A DNA stretch of 62,692 nt from Octopus bimaculoides (taxonomy: Eukaryota). The stretch covers positions 147,271,403 to 147,334,094 of the forward strand of contig NC_068981.1 in NCBI RefSeq assembly GCF_001194135.2, in the 5' to 3' direction. A program made the position numbers and the translations under genes. Positions 12,650 to 25,205 of this stretch are shown in pieces. How positions within the stretch are numbered: the first letter of the stretch is position 1; the number at the start of each line of letters is the position of its first letter. The notes beneath the pieces were generated by a model. It ran no database searches, had not been told where the DNA came from, and saw only the letters and a program-made list of their open reading frames with translations.

Positions 12650-15320
12650 TCTAATACAGTTTTGTTGATAAAGGGAGATGTCCGATCAGCGATTTCCACA
12701 GACCCAAGATCACACTGACCATCAAAGACAAGTGTCCTCTCCTGACTTGTTCTTCAGCCTATGGGTGCATGCTTAGTGTTGATTCAGCCACCCTAACCAT
12801 TTGGATTAAAGTCACTCACCTTTTGACAAGTTCACTAGAAGAGAGCACTTCCCTCTCCAAAAGACAATGAGGGCTTGGACAAAGAGAAAAGTATCCCTTT
12901 TTGGCCCTTTCAAAATTGTCCACCACACTGCTTCTATTGCCATTGCCACCAGATAGAAGAAAACTGTGGGCCTTGCCAGATTAAAAAAGTGCTGCAGGAT
13001 TACCTTCATAATGGACTCTGCCAATGCTGAGTTTGACTTGAACAGATAGTGCCTCTCAGCAACACTGCCAGGCTAAGAATTTCAGGAAGCTGTCCATAGT
13101 ATTCCTCAGTTTTCCAGAACAGACCAGCCAATTCAACCTCATGACAACCCAGAGTTTCCCCAAGCACATTGTCACTCTTTTCCACCATTAGTACTCTGGA
13201 TATTATCATGGAAATTTGACTAGCTACATTACTTGAATGGCTTAGAAAGCAATGAGTATCTGGCACATTTCAGATGTTTACTCATCTTGGTCTTTTCTTG
13301 ATCCAAGACTTCAACCCTGTCAAAGAGACAACCTTCTAAAAGATATATCTTACAAACAGATCTCATCTTGCTCTCTGTCTTGAGATTGCTGAACAGTGCA
13401 GCTTAGTATATGTCTGTTCCTCAATAGCTATGGTATGCTAAGTTCACCTTGCAGAGGGTATTAGTTGCAAATAGACTACCTAGCTAGTAGAACATGTCCC
13501 TTCCACAGGAAGCAGAAGAGCAGATGATCCAACCTGGTCAGGTATTAACTGGTGCAAGGCAGAATGATCAGGTAGTAAATTGTGTTAGAGATAATGTAAG
13601 CATTGTCTCTCCTGCTTGACCTTTCGGGGATAGCTTCCTCTCGGCTTATATTTAGGTGAAGCTATCAACCCACCCAACTTGTTACTTCATCTCAGTTATG
13701 GCCCACTTGGAGATCAAGATTGAACTGAAGTTGAGCAGCTTAACTGGCCCATCTGTTTAGTACCACATAATTCTGCCTTGCAGCAAGAACTTGCTTCTCC
13801 ATGTGCTGAGCTGTAAGCCCACTAACTTATCTAGCCACCACCATGTATACCTTTAGAATGGTGTTAACCATCTCTACCCATTCCCATGGTATTTGACACC
13901 TTTATGGTGATGATGCCACATTTGCTGACATAATTCTCTTGCATCCCAGCTCAAAAGGGATGCATGCACCTCAACAGTTCTAGCTTTGTAGCATTGGCTT
14001 AGGAACCAGTATGTACAGAAGCAAAAGAAGATACACCTGACAAACTGAGTGCATGATATGAAATGGTTCTGAGAAGTGGCAGTTCACCCTCACTACTGAG
14101 TACATGTTGTACATTGCTGTGATCCAGTTTCTGAAAAAGAGTCTGAAACGAGCCACATTCAAGTAACAATGGTCAACTCTATCCAAAGCTTTTCAAATTA
14201 CTCTCTTGATGTACTGAATGAAGAAGTTGTTCTGGATTGGTCTGCTGGGAATCACACACATTTGCACTTCCTCAACTAAACTACCTATGATAAGCACCAA
14301 CATCTTTGCTCACAGTTTAACCAAAATCTTAAACTCTGCACTGGTTAGAATTATAGGTCTGTAATTATTTACAAAATCTCCCTTGTTAGCATTCTTACTC
14401 ACCAATGCTACCAATCCCCAGTTCAGAGATCTGGGAATTATCCTGTTCTGCTGCTAGTTATGGTAGATGTCTCCCAAGAGGTTACCAAACAAATCTGGCA
14501 TATAACCTTAAAGTTTGTAAGGCAGACCATCCAAACCAGATTATTGTGCCTTTGTACAGTTGCTCACCACCTGTATTTCAGCTATTGCTCTTATTGACCT
14601 TTTGCAGTACCTCACATCTTCTAAGAAAGAAGTCACTAAAGTTCACTAACATCTATGGCCTGTTGCTCACTCCAAGCAGTCAAGCAAAGTGCTACTGGAA
14701 GGCTGCAAACATCTGCTTGGAATCAAATTATATACTTCAGTATCATTCTCTCAAACAAATTGAAGTTTTGTTCCCATGTAATGCCTCTGATATCTGAACC
14801 AGTCAAACAACTTTTACTAGTTCCCTTTTGTTTTAGTACATGATCTTTGGTTTGTAGGTTGCATTAAAGAAATAGTTGATGGCTGTTCTTCATCAGTTGT
14901 GATACTTTTTAATTGCCTCTTATAGCTGGTTAATTTGTTCCCCTTCTACTCTATTTTCCCCTCTTACTAGCTCTTTGCTAAATGCTATTTATTCAGGCAG
15001 TCCCATCACTGGTTGTTGATGGTTTCCCATAAAATTTCACTTGACTAGTTCACTAATCTGGTCCCTATAGTCTTCACATTCTGGGAAAAGATGTGTTTAG
15101 CTTCCAGTAACTGAGTTTCTTAGCTAAGTTGACTGAGCAGATCACTAATTTGTGGTCTGTATGTCCAACCACTTTAAACTGTGGACATCCTACACTATCC
15201 ACTAACCTAATTCAATCTTGGTACAATCTGATAGCCCACTGTGGTTGCTCAATGTCCCTACCTTCACATTCAGGAAATCCAGTTGATATTTTTCTGACAG
15301 TTAGACATGTCTGAAAAGGT
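12650..15320 (-). mobile_element. Degenerate L1/Tx1-clade LINE ORF2
   Basis: DRVDHCYL...WITAMYNMYSVVRVNCHFSEPFHIMHSVCQ..LLLLYIL is a recognisable L1-type RT block at 13980-14186; NYRPIIL-like and C-terminal remnants flank it. Boundaries are approximate. Confidence 0.75.
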
Positions 15321-16501
15321 TTCCAAGAGTTTATTCTTCCTTGTTCTAAGGGTTACACTCACACAATCTCCTTATTTTCTTTTTGGTTTTTTTTTTTTGT
15401 GTCTGTTGTTGTTGGTGCTGCTGTTTGTGGTGTTTTTATTGTTATATATGTGTTTTCCTTTTGTAGTTGTTGGTATTGTTGCAGGTTTGGTTGTAGCTGT
15501 TACTGGTTTTGTTGTTCTTGATGTTGTTTTGACACTTGTGTGTATGTTATTTTGACAGTTGTGTGTGTGTGGTTTTGTGCAGTTATTTTTCTTTTATTAA
15601 CTTTTTTTATTGAGCATGGAGAGTGGGGAGTAATGGGTTTTATTTTATTTTAATATTTTTTGGTGTTTTGGGTAATAATTTGTGACTCTTTGGCTTCTTC
15701 CTTTATCTATTTGTCATTTGAGGAAAAATCAGTTGGGAAAAGTGAAAGCTGTTTGGTCCTTGTGTGTAGTTGTCATTTGGACTCTTGTTTTCATGTTGTT
15801 TTGTTTCTGCTGCTATTGTTGATGTTGTTGCTGTTAATCATCATCATTATTTTACATCTACTTTTTTATGTTGGTGTGGGTTTCATAGGTTTTCTGAGAT
15901 AGTATTTTACAGCTAGATGCTCTTCCAGTTGTCAACCCACTAAGTTGCTTCTTACAATGCGTAAGGACATGGAATAACTCTTGCAAAACCAATTTGCACT
16001 CAAACTGTTGTAAGTTAATGACTGCAGAAAAGACATGTGTAGGGATGGAATTCCAGAGGGCTGAAGTTTCTCAGAAGAAAGGGTGGAACTTGGAGTATTG
16101 AAGAGAAGAAGAGAGACAAGAGTGTCTGAGTGAAGGTGACATGAGACCAGCCATTGTAGTAGTGATAGAAAGGGCAGAGAAGGGAGTCAGAACACATGTG
16201 GGCCAGTAGATGGAGCATGTTTGTAAATGACTTTATGACAATCAGTTGACTGAACTATAGTCATGCGAGAGTACACAATACTTCAAGAAGTAGTTGGAGT
16301 TATGATCTTATATATATATATATAATTATCAACTAAGAAAGCTACTATAATGTAAGACTCACCATTCTTTGTCTTTATTCTCGTTACCAATGTATCCCTA
16401 TTCTTTTGCTCTTCTTACCTCTACATATGACTCTGCATTCTGATGATGTCTACCACTACAACTGGTAAACAGAAACAATCATAAATGTTTCTGATCGTAA
16501 A

Positions 16502-16732
16502 GGCGGTGAGCTGGCAGAAACATTAGCACACCAGGCAAAATGCTTAGTGGTATTTCGTCTGCTGTTACAATCTGAGTTCAAATTCCGCCCAGGTCAACTT
16601 TGCCTTTCATCCTTTCGAGGTCGATAAATTAAGTACCAGTTACGCACTGGGGTCAATGTAATCGACTTAATCCCTTTGTCTGTCCTTGTTTGTCCCCTCT
16701 ATGTTTAGCTTCTTGTGGGCAATAAAGAAATA
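16502..16732 (+). mobile_element. Full-length tRNA-derived SINE with Nin/Deu-like core
   Basis: Head GGCGGTGAGCTGGCAG with B-box-like GAGTTCAAATTC, core CTTTGCCTTTCATCCTTTCGAGGTCGATAAATTAAGTACCAG, and an 18-bp flanking direct repeat with 1 mismatch (16471-16488 / 16733-16750). Confidence 0.85.
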
Positions 16733-17070
16733 AGAAACGATCATAAATGTACTACTACTACCACTTTTCTTTTTTAATTAATTAAATTAATGGCTTACTA
16801 GCACAAACGGCCAACTTCTTCCTGTTATTTTTCCTCCATTTTCTTCTTGCATATAATTTAAACTACGGTTTACCCACTGAATTACCTGCTACTATATACC
16901 TTTTACCAAGGACTGTACCTGCACAGGTAATCACCAGGAGCGCCCTTGGATTTAACCATCCCTTAAAGATCACCTGTAACTTATACCTATATANNNNNNN
17001 NNNNNNNNNNNNNNNNNNNNNNNNNNNNNNNNNNNNNNNNNNNNNNNNNNNNNNNNNNNNNNNNNNNCTC

Positions 17071-17560
17071 CATCCAAGAACCACTCTCCACAAAGAACAA
17101 ATCCGACAGATACAGGTCAGTGAACACATAGAAATGTGTACTAGGAATCTTAATCCTAAATTCCGAATTTTCCCCTTCTATCAATGTTCATAGAACACCT
17201 CAGACAACAAAGAATGAATGAAGAGGCAACTTTCATCAATAAATATCTTCCACAACTCAATATGAACACATAACATAATACAGAACATTACTAACCTTTC
17301 AGCCCCCATACATCCCATACACCATTCACATTACAGATCTATATCTACCCTAATTGCACCAAATCCAGAACTACTTACCTCCTTTACACATAATCTTTTT
17401 AGTTAGGGACTAGTAGACCTGACACCGTTCAGTAATTGGTGTGCATTCAAAGCATTGATTAGTAATTTTACGAAACCGGTATGCTTTTGAATCTCTTTAG
17501 CGATTCACAATAATGACTTTTAATACTTTTGTTCCTACCTCAGTTCATCTAACTGTATAC
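17071..17560 (+). mobile_element. 3' end of a second Penelope-like element (endonuclease C-terminus and pLTR)
   Basis: HPRTTLHKEQIRQIQVSEHIEMCTRNLNPKFRIFPFYQC, then after a frameshift EEATFINKYLPQLNMNT* (stop ends at 17273). A hammerhead-like motif follows. Confidence 0.75.
17445..17492 (+). ncRNA. Degenerate minimal type I hammerhead ribozyme motif
   Basis: Stem I ATTCAAAGCA / TGCTTTTGAAT; core TTGATTA (consensus CTGATGA); stem II GTAA-TT-TTAC; GAAA; palindromic CCGG; cleavage triplet GTA. Confidence 0.7.
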
Positions 17561-17699
17561 ATCTATCATCACTTTTCACAAAAAGCCTTTACTTTTTTTG
17601 ATTTCCAATGTGCATTTTCGCTTATTTTTCTTCTTACTTTCCCCTTACATTTCCACGTGTAGTTTCTATTTTCTTTTTGTAACATATTTCTATTATATA

Positions 17700-18125
17700 N
17701 NNNNNNNNNNNNNNNNNNNNNNNNNNNNNNNNNNNNNNNNNNNNNNNNNNNNNNNNNNNNNNNNNNNNNNNNNNNNNNNNNNNNNNNNNNNNNNNNNNNN
17801 NNNNNNNNNNNNNNNNNNNNNNNNNNNNNNNNNNNNNNNNNNNNNNNNNNNNNNNNNNNNNNNNNNNNNNNNNNNNNNNNNNNNNNNNNNNNNNNNNNNN
17901 NNNNNNNNNNNNNNNNNNNNNNNNNNNNNNNNNNNNNNNNNNNNNNNNNNNNNNNNNNNNNNNNNNNNNNNNNNNNNNNNNNNNNNNNNNNNNNNNNNNN
18001 NNNNNNNNNNNNNNNNNNNNNNNNNNNNNNNNNNNNNNNNNNNNNNNNNNNNNNNNNNNNNNNNNNNNNNNNNNNNNNNNNNNNNNNNNNNNNNNNNNNN
18101 NNNNNNNNNNNNNNNNNNNNNNNNN
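17700..18125. other. Assembly gap
   Basis: Run of N. Other gaps are at 7635-7644, 16994-17067, 25217-25463, 42545-42649 and 58023-58502. Confidence 0.99.
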
Positions 18126-18339
18126 AAAACGTACAAAAACTGTCAGCTGGAGAAGGGAGAAATTGTTGGAGGTTGGCAAGAGAAGTCATTGGAAGTTGTC
18201 TAGAGAGGTTGTCGAGAGAGGTTTTCGGAGGTTGGCGAGAGAGGTTGGTGAGTTAGTTATTTGGAGGTGTTGAAAAAATGTGTATTAATGCAATGTGTAA
18301 ATTAATTACAGCAATATGTATATAACTGTTTAGATATAT

Positions 18340-19280
18340 ATAAAGGGCCTCTCTCTCAGAGTGAAAGGCAGATTGTTTAATGCCTGTGTGCAAACAGCTA
18401 TGCTGCATGGCAGTGAAACATGGGGTATGACAGCCTATGACATGCATAGGCTTGAAAGAAATGAAGCCAGTATGCTTCGTTATGCAATATCAGTGTGCCT
18501 GTTTGACAGAGTGTAAGCATCTTGAGAGAAAAGTTAGGCATAAGAGGAATCAGATGTGGTGTGCAAGAGAGACAACTGCACTAGTATGGTCATGTGATGC
18601 ATATGGACGAAGACAGCTGTGTAAAGAAGTGCCGATCTCTAATTGTGGAGGGAACCTGTGGTAGAGGTAGACCCAGGAAGACATGGGACGAGGTTGTGAA
18701 GCATGATCTTTGAACTTTGAGCCTCACAGAGGCAATGAATAGTGACTGAGACCTTTGGCGATATGCTGTACTTGAGAAGACCCATCAAGCTAAGTGCACT
18801 AGTGCTGGTAGCATGTAAGGAACATCTTTTAGATGTTGGGTCTCACAGAGGGAAAGTGGCTGAGTTGCTTTCAAGCAGTGAACCTCATGGAGGTAAAGTG
18901 GTTGATTTCCTTTTGAGTGTTGGGCCTCATGGAGGCAATGACCAAGACCTTTGGCATTATGTCATGCTTGAGAAGACGACCCATCAAGCTGAGAAAAATC
19001 AGTCATGGCAGATATCGGTGTCACACAAATTGGCACCTGTGCCAGTGGTATATAAACGTGCCCTGGTATCATGCAAATGGCACCCGTGCCAGTAGCATGT
19101 AAAAGCATTCATTACACTCCCCGAGTGGTTGGTGTTAGGAAGGGCATCCAACTGTAGAAAACCATGCCAAATCAGACTGGAGTCTGGTGCAGCTTTCCAG
19201 CATGCCTGCTCAGTCAAACAGTTCAACCCATGCCAGCATGGACAACGGATGCTAAATGATGATGATGATGATGATGATAA
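18340..19280 (+). mobile_element. 5'-truncated RTE-clade LINE (ORF end, 3' UTR, (GAT)n tail)
   Basis: KGRLFNACVQTAMLHGSETWG...GTCGRGRPRKTWDEVVKHDL remnants, the shared 3' tail, and (GAT)n at ~19256-19278. Confidence 0.85.
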
Positions 19281-20499
19281 ACGTCTTAAACAAGCAAATA
19301 ACTTAATTCTAATAGATCATTTCACACTTTTACTTCTCTACCTCAAACTTCATTCTTTTGCTGTGATATAACAAAATTGGATCTTTTGATCATTTAGTAT
19401 GCTTATGTTTATATTGCAAGAAGAAAAATAATCAATAATGGAAGAATTTAAAGAACAGAAATATTTGATAAATAAACTGTTTCCATTTTTTTGCTTACGT
19501 CTTTAATATTGTATCCCTGAAATGTTACATGTTCTCTAATAAAGCCCTTTTTAAAATTGTAAATAAATGTCTTTTAAAACCATATTTCTTATTTCTCCTT
19601 AAAATATTTTAAAATTTGGAGCTTTGATCTTCCAATATTATCACATTTGGTTTTCTAAATTTTCAGTCTTTCAAATTCGGTCTTGTTGTGTAGGTCTTAT
19701 CAGCATCTATTTGAAAGAATCTAGCTAAACTTTGAGTGAAAAAGAGAGTAATCACCTCAGAACAAATAATTAAGTCATATCTCTTCTTCTGATCACTCTT
19801 TCACTCACGTTTATCATTCTCTTTACCAACACTATCTTGACTATTCGCACTCTTCTTTACAAACTAACATTATCCGTCTGTATTGCAAGCCATCAGTCCC
19901 TCCATGTGACATCCAGCACATTCTCTTATCACTGACCATTCCCATGACTATTCACAAGTTATTCTCTTAATGGTTACCAGCAAATATGTGGTAGCCATTA
20001 GTGTCTCTTCCATTACTGTCTCTATTTAAGCCCTGCTGTTACTGCCTCTCTTCCACTATCACGTCCCATTCCTTACCTCTTTTACACTGTCACCCCACCC
20101 AACATCGTGCTCTTACCCCTTTCATCCCCTCACTCCAGTTCATTTCCCTCTTTTCTGCCTATTCTGTTTGTCATGTGTTGACCAAAATGAGAGACAGTGG
20201 TGAGAGCTCTTTTGTTTTGCGAGTATAAAGCAACTCCGCTAGTACTGATATCCTTATAAAATACACTCCTTGCTATCTGTTGATGTTAAGAAGGGCATCA
20301 AGCCATAGAAACCAGACAAAAAAAATACAACATATAAACGAAAGGTCCCAAACCCTGACGACCTATTCAACCTATGCAACCAAAGAAAGCGGACGTATAA
20401 CTATGATTAATGATACACATACATACAAGTATATCTGCATGGTTGCAATGTATATGTATGCGTAAGTGTATGTGATCTAAACGTCAAGGTATCTTTGTT

Positions 20500-20703
20500 C
20501 TAACTACCAATGTCAACCGCAAGAGTGCGCTGCAAATAACAAATGATATCGTACTTGTCGGCAGGCGCAGTCACAGCCACCACCTCTGCCCCTACCGCGT
20601 TCTCTTGTCCGTCTCAACCAAGCTGCCATATTGAGGCTTTAACAAGATTGGTTGGTGTGGAACAACAAATTCGACAGTCTAAACCTCTTAGTTCACACAC
20701 ACA

Positions 20704-20746
<43 letters not shown>

Positions 20747-20811
20747 GTACACACCTACACACACATTCTATAGATTCGCTTACATATTTATATCCATAAG
20801 AAACAGGCAGC
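20500..20811 (+). promoter_or_regulatory. Putative CDC73 promoter / 5' UTR
   Basis: A locally GC/CpG-richer stretch (20510-20620) lies just upstream of the start codon, with a YY1-like GCCATAT at ~20625. The TSS cannot be determined from sequence. Confidence 0.45.
20706..20745. repeat. (TA)n microsatellite about 65 bp upstream of the CDC73 ATG
   Basis: About 20 TA units, flanked by CA repeats. Confidence 0.95.
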
Positions 20812-20942
20812 ATGGCTGATGTTCTAAGCATTCTTCGTCAGTATAATATCAACAAAAAGGAGATAATTGATAAAGGCGATCAAGTTATATTTGGCGAATT
20901 CGCTTGGCCAAAATCAACTAAAACTAATTACATTGTTTGGGG
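20812..20942 (+). CDS. CDC73: Parafibromin exon 1
   Basis: [43 protein letters not shown](G); 131 nt; donor GG|gtaagt. Confidence 0.97.
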
Positions 20943-23900
20943 GTAAGTACCTGTTTTGTCTTTAAAATCCCATCCCATCTTTTATTTTCATCCTATATAT
21001 AGTTGATTTCTCTTTTTTTCCCCTCCCCACCACTGCTTATGCGCATCTTATATTTTCTTCCTTCACCTCTCAGGTCTTCAGACGAACAAACACTAATTCT
21101 TAATTTTGTTTACTGATTTTTCTCACACTTTTAGTCATACCCACATTGTTATTTTAATACTTTTAAATTTTAAGGTGTTAGCAACACTTATATTTATCTT
21201 GTGGTTCACTAAAACCGCTTCACCACCTAATAATATATACAAATTTTACACGATATATATATAATGTATACATGATTGCATGTTATAATCTAATGTGTGT
21301 ATATGTGTGGACCAATTCTGGAATTTTGTAAATATAGTTAGTAACTCTTAAGATTCTAAGGTATATTTTATTTTCCTGAATATTGTTTACGTCTTTACTT
21401 CCTACACAACAGTAATAAAATGTGGATACGGTGTATATGATGACAATAATCAGGTCTTTCGTTGAATTCATTCGTTTCTCAAAATTCAACGTTTTTCTGT
21501 CTGTCTCTTACCTTGTTAAACTATTTAATTTGAAAGTAAAACGGAAAGTTCTCTATTTTAAGTTAATGTTAGAAAATTTTTTGTTAATATTTTATCCCAG
21601 AATATTCTTTGTGGAACTTGCTGTTGTTTTCGGATGAGATTCAAAATAATTTTGGAATATGTTTTTATTAAATGTGAAATAAACGAGTTGATGTTACATA
21701 AAAAATAGTTTTAGCAATCTGTCTGATATTTCATTTTCAGTGTACAAGAAATGGTTGTAAGATTTAAGTCATAACTATTTCTTTTACAAATGTTGAGTGT
21801 GTGTGTGTATATATGAAATTTATATTTGAAACGATGAGTACATTTATAAGCCTAAAACGATGAATATAGAGTGAAGAGGATTCAATATATACGAACCAAC
21901 GAAACTTTGAAACCATAGTCACCCTGCATTTCGTTTGAAAAATGTGTGTATAAATTATTTTAGTTGTTTTAATTAATATTTTCAGGCTTTCATATAAATT
22001 AAAACTAGTCTTTTATTGATACATTTTAAGCACAGTTTATTAGAAATAGTGTTGAAAGGAATAAAAATAACACTATTGTTTGGTTTATAAATTTAAAATT
22101 ATACCACTTAAGTTACATTTTAAAACTTAAAATCGTATATTGGTATTTTAAAAAAAATTTCATAATATATATTTTTTTTACATGCTTGCATTCCACTACA
22201 CAGATTTTCTTGCCTGCCATAAGTGAAGTGTAAAAAGTAATTACCTATAATAAAATAAAATTTATGAAACTAATGTCTGGAAACTACTACTTTTCAAAGT
22301 AGATAGCTATTAATATATATGAAATCACTTTTGTGGATATTTCAAGAATAAATGCTGTAAATGTTCTTGATATCTTTTGCTTTAGTAGATTAATCAGATA
22401 AAAATAATTAAGGGTTAAAGTTAGTGTTACAAAAGTAATAATTCTAAGTTTTTAAGTAACCAACCGTAAGTAGTCTTATTAGAATTATTCCATTGCGTTG
22501 GTAAAATTTAATAAAAGCTTTAATTCATATTTAATTATATTTAGTATGAAGTCGTTATGGCAATGATTAAAGAACGATGTGCAGAGATGATGGAAGCAAA
22601 ATGTAGGTGATATATAACCGGAGCGTTGAATATGAAACATTTAGAATTCTTATCTATTGGACATGGGGGGTTTGGTATTCTTTATTTATTATTGTCGTAG
22701 ACGAGTTAACATTCAACTCTTCGTCTATTTCATCACTTCTCTCTCTACTCCATCCTTTTGTACATTGGTATAAACTATGACATCTTGCCAAAAACCTTAA
22801 CTTCATGTCAACAGTATGTCACCACATCTCTAATGAATTTTTTTTGATTTTGGTGAAATGCAGTGTAGTGATCTCTCTGATCCGTATAGGTACAGAAAAT
22901 TGATTATGTTAGGATTAATTGCAATTTATATTGTTTACTCAACTGTTGTTTAGAATCAGGTCGGCTTTGATTCAGCATATCTTTCATCCAGTTATGACCA
23001 TATCTTTTTAGAAGATATCCCGGACTATTTTACGTAACGTTATATAAAGACGGTGGGTTGTGATTTGAAGGAAATTTGGCTGCTATTTGTACTTGGATAA
23101 GCGACCACACAGAGGACCTCTTGTTGGCTCGTATTGGAGGGAGTTGCTTTTATAGTTGTAATACCATCCTTTTTTTAAATTTCGTGTTTCCTGTTATCAG
23201 GAAATGAACCCCACTTAATTAATTTCACTCCTTGGATTCAGATCCAAAATATTGCACTTATTTAAACGAATTAGGAAAATATCTGAGAATGAAAGATACT
23301 GAAACTATCTTCTTAGTCATGTCCCTTTACATCCCTCTTAAAACAAAAACACCTACTGAAGTAGAAGAGGAAAAGATCAGGTCATCTTACAAAACTCTCT
23401 CACATTTAACTATTAGATTACTTTTACCCAGTACTGAAAATGCAAAATATCCTGCTGGACCCCCCACCCAAACTGCAAGCTCTCTCATTTTCCCAAACTG
23501 GCCATAAGTTTTGAAAGGATCTTCCAACTTTGAGGAATCCTACTCACCATTTCTCTTCTGTGATAGCTCTATAAGCAGTTTTCTTGTGAAAGCACTCCCA
23601 GTTACTTCAACTCAAAAAGGCCTTTGGATTTGACTATATCTCTTCCATTACCTTCAGACTGTGTGCCTTAGAGGTCTTCTATTTCTCTCTTGTCTTCTGG
23701 AAATATGCTACATTGTGCCTCATTCCCAACAGTAACTTTTGCCATATATTGACCTTTCATTCTCACTTTTAACATCTCAAAGATGTTGCAGACAGTTAAC
23801 AGCCTCACTGTTTCTTACCAATTTTCACTATTTTCTAATCTTCCACACATAAGCATCATTCACATGCAATCTTTACATCTCACATCATTACTGCCATGAA

Positions 23901-24369
23901 AGGAGATCTCGGAAACAATCTCCAGTGTGGACATATTAACTCTGTAACCATTTCTCATATCATAGTTGTAACCATTTCTCACATCAAAGAGACAGTCTTG
24001 CACCCCATCTCCATTAGTTTTTGACATGTTATTAAAACTCTCAAAATTACTACAAGTGTTAAACCTCAGAATCACTGATTTTTGTCAATAATCTCATTCA
24101 TAACAACAAAGACTGGTCTTCCTCTTTAGTGCCAGAAAAGTCTTCTGCTTTGTGAGATCCACAAATGAATACTGCTCTCACATCTGTAACTGTACTATCA
24201 CACACAAACATACTAAATTACAGCCACAAGGAGGCCACTTAGCTGATTGACAAGGAGTCACTCACTAATATACTACAATTAGTACTTCACAGATGCATTG
24301 TCCCCTCTAGCTACTGTCTCTACTGATACTACATTTGTTTCCACTCCTCCTTATCATCATCATTACTGT

Positions 24370-25205
24370 CTGTTTTCCGTACTGGCATTAGTTGGACAGT
24401 TTGACTGGAAGCTGGGGAGCTACACCAGGTTCCAATCTGATTTGGCATGGTTTCTACAGCTGGATGCCCATCCTAACACTAACCACTTCAAGAATGTAGT
24501 GGGTGCTTTTTATGCCACCAGCATAGGTACCAAGCATGATATATCACCAAAAGTCTTGGTCACTTATCACTGCCTCCATGAGGCTCAATTTTCGAAGGGT
24601 GCTTTTTACATGCCACTGGTATGGGTGCCAGTTACACAACACTGGCTTTGGCCACGACTACAATTTCACTTGGCTTAACAGGCCTTCTCAAGTATCACTC
24701 AACGTTTAAAGGGTACTTTTTATATGCTACCAGCATGGGTGCCAGATATGCAACACTGGCATTGGCCACAACTATTGTATCGCTTGGCTTCACAGGTTTT
24801 CTCAAGCATGTCATGTTGCCAAATGTCTTGGTCATTTTGCCTCTGAGACCATGCTTCACCACCTTGTCCCATGTCTTCCTGGGTCTACCTCTTCCACAGG
24901 TTCCCTCTTGAGAGATTGGCACTTCTTCACATAGCTGTCCTCATCCATATGCATCCCATGACCATATTAGCACTGTCGTCTCTTCCACACATCTGATGCC
25001 TCTTATGTCCAACCTTTCTCTTAAGATGTTTAAACTCTGTTGCGCATGCACACTAACATTGCATACCCAGTGAACATACTAGCATCATTTCTTTCAAGCC
25101 TACACCTATGCTTGGCGGTCACAGCACGTTTCACTGCTGTATAGCATGGCTGTTCGCACACAAGCATCATACAATCAGCCTTTCTTCAGAACTAGCTATT
25201 CATAC
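24370..25205 (-). mobile_element. 5'-truncated RTE-clade LINE in CDC73 intron 1, antisense
   Basis: EGTCGRGRPRKTWDKVVKHGL on the minus strand (ORF 24695-24922), with the same tail ending in catcatcat on the plus strand. Confidence 0.85.

Noticed and set aside
17569-18203. Long ORFs of 150-207 aa here and at 25108-25491, 42495-42775 and 57954-58629
   Set aside because: They are open only because they cross runs of N.
23200-24290. Decayed repeat-like region with a 24-nt internal duplication (~23942-23986)
   Set aside because: Probably an old LINE fragment, but I could not read any diagnostic motif, so I left it unassigned.
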